From positions 1-24,000 of the forward strand of contig CAZCHG010000011.1 of NCBI GenBank assembly GCA_964498465.1: DNA of 24,000 nucleotides, given 5' to 3'. Positions 23,920 through 24,000 of this stretch are shown piece after piece. The position numbers were made by a program, and so were the translations under genes. The stretch is from an uncultured archaeon (lineage in GTDB: Archaea; Halobacteriota; Archaeoglobi; Archaeoglobales; Archaeoglobaceae). The notes under the pieces were generated by a model that saw nothing but the letters and a program-made list of their open reading frames with translations, was not told the DNA's origin and made no database searches. Each line of letters starts with the position of its first letter. Position 1 is the stretch's first letter.

Positions 23920-24000
23920 AGAAAAAATAAATAAGCCATGATCTTTTGTAGGTTTAACCTTTTAGGAGGTAAGAGTTAAATTATAGAAAATAAAAGGCTA

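Noticed and set aside
1-24000. Scan for CRISPR arrays, IS elements/transposases, integrases, restriction-modification or other defence islands
   Set aside because: There are no regularly spaced direct repeats, no ORFs with transposase, integrase or nuclease-helicase defence signatures, and no terminal inverted repeats. Apart from vapBC, the window is housekeeping plus motility genes.

Overview
This is a visibly AT-rich archaeal chromosomal segment. Most genes have GGTG/GGAGG-type Shine-Dalgarno sites, promoters are A/T-rich and TATA-like, and the proteins are K/E/I-rich, which suggests a thermophile. The left third (529-7837) is a complete fla2-type archaellum operon: two tandem archaellins, a FlaD/E-like coiled-coil protein, then FlaG, FlaF, FlaH, FlaI and FlaJ. 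This gene order and the RGFTGLEAAI-type archaellin N-termini resemble Archaeoglobi/Thermoplasmata-like euryarchaea. A small membrane-anchored acidic ORF follows, and then an unusual GC-rich non-coding zone (8530-9220) that contains tRNA-Asn(GTT). The rest is housekeeping. It encodes an ArsA/Get3-like ATPase, a PflA-like radical SAM enzyme, aIF5A coupled to agmatinase, gatC-gatA, an ACT-domain regulator, trkH-trkA, a vapBC toxin-antitoxin pair and dCMP deaminase. It ends with a tightly overlapping four-gene unit: a wHTH protein, DUF504, argH and gatD. I found no CRISPR array, IS element, integrase or recognisable defence island apart from vapBC. Four items look most worth follow-up. (1) A four-copy, same-orientation GC-hairpin element family brackets the archaellum locus and the tRNA, is partly preceded by CCTCC-rich anti-SD-like tracts, and shows compensatory stem changes in one copy. 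(2) A four-hairpin GC island lies at 8536-8661. (3) A roughly 80-nt GC-rich candidate sRNA at 19572-19653 (minus strand) has well-placed TATA and oligo-T signals and a consensus kink-turn inside an H/ACA-like hairpin. (4) A 105-bp stretch is identical at the nucleotide level between the two otherwise divergent archaellin genes. All functional interpretations of the non-coding elements are inference, and none could be checked against databases here.
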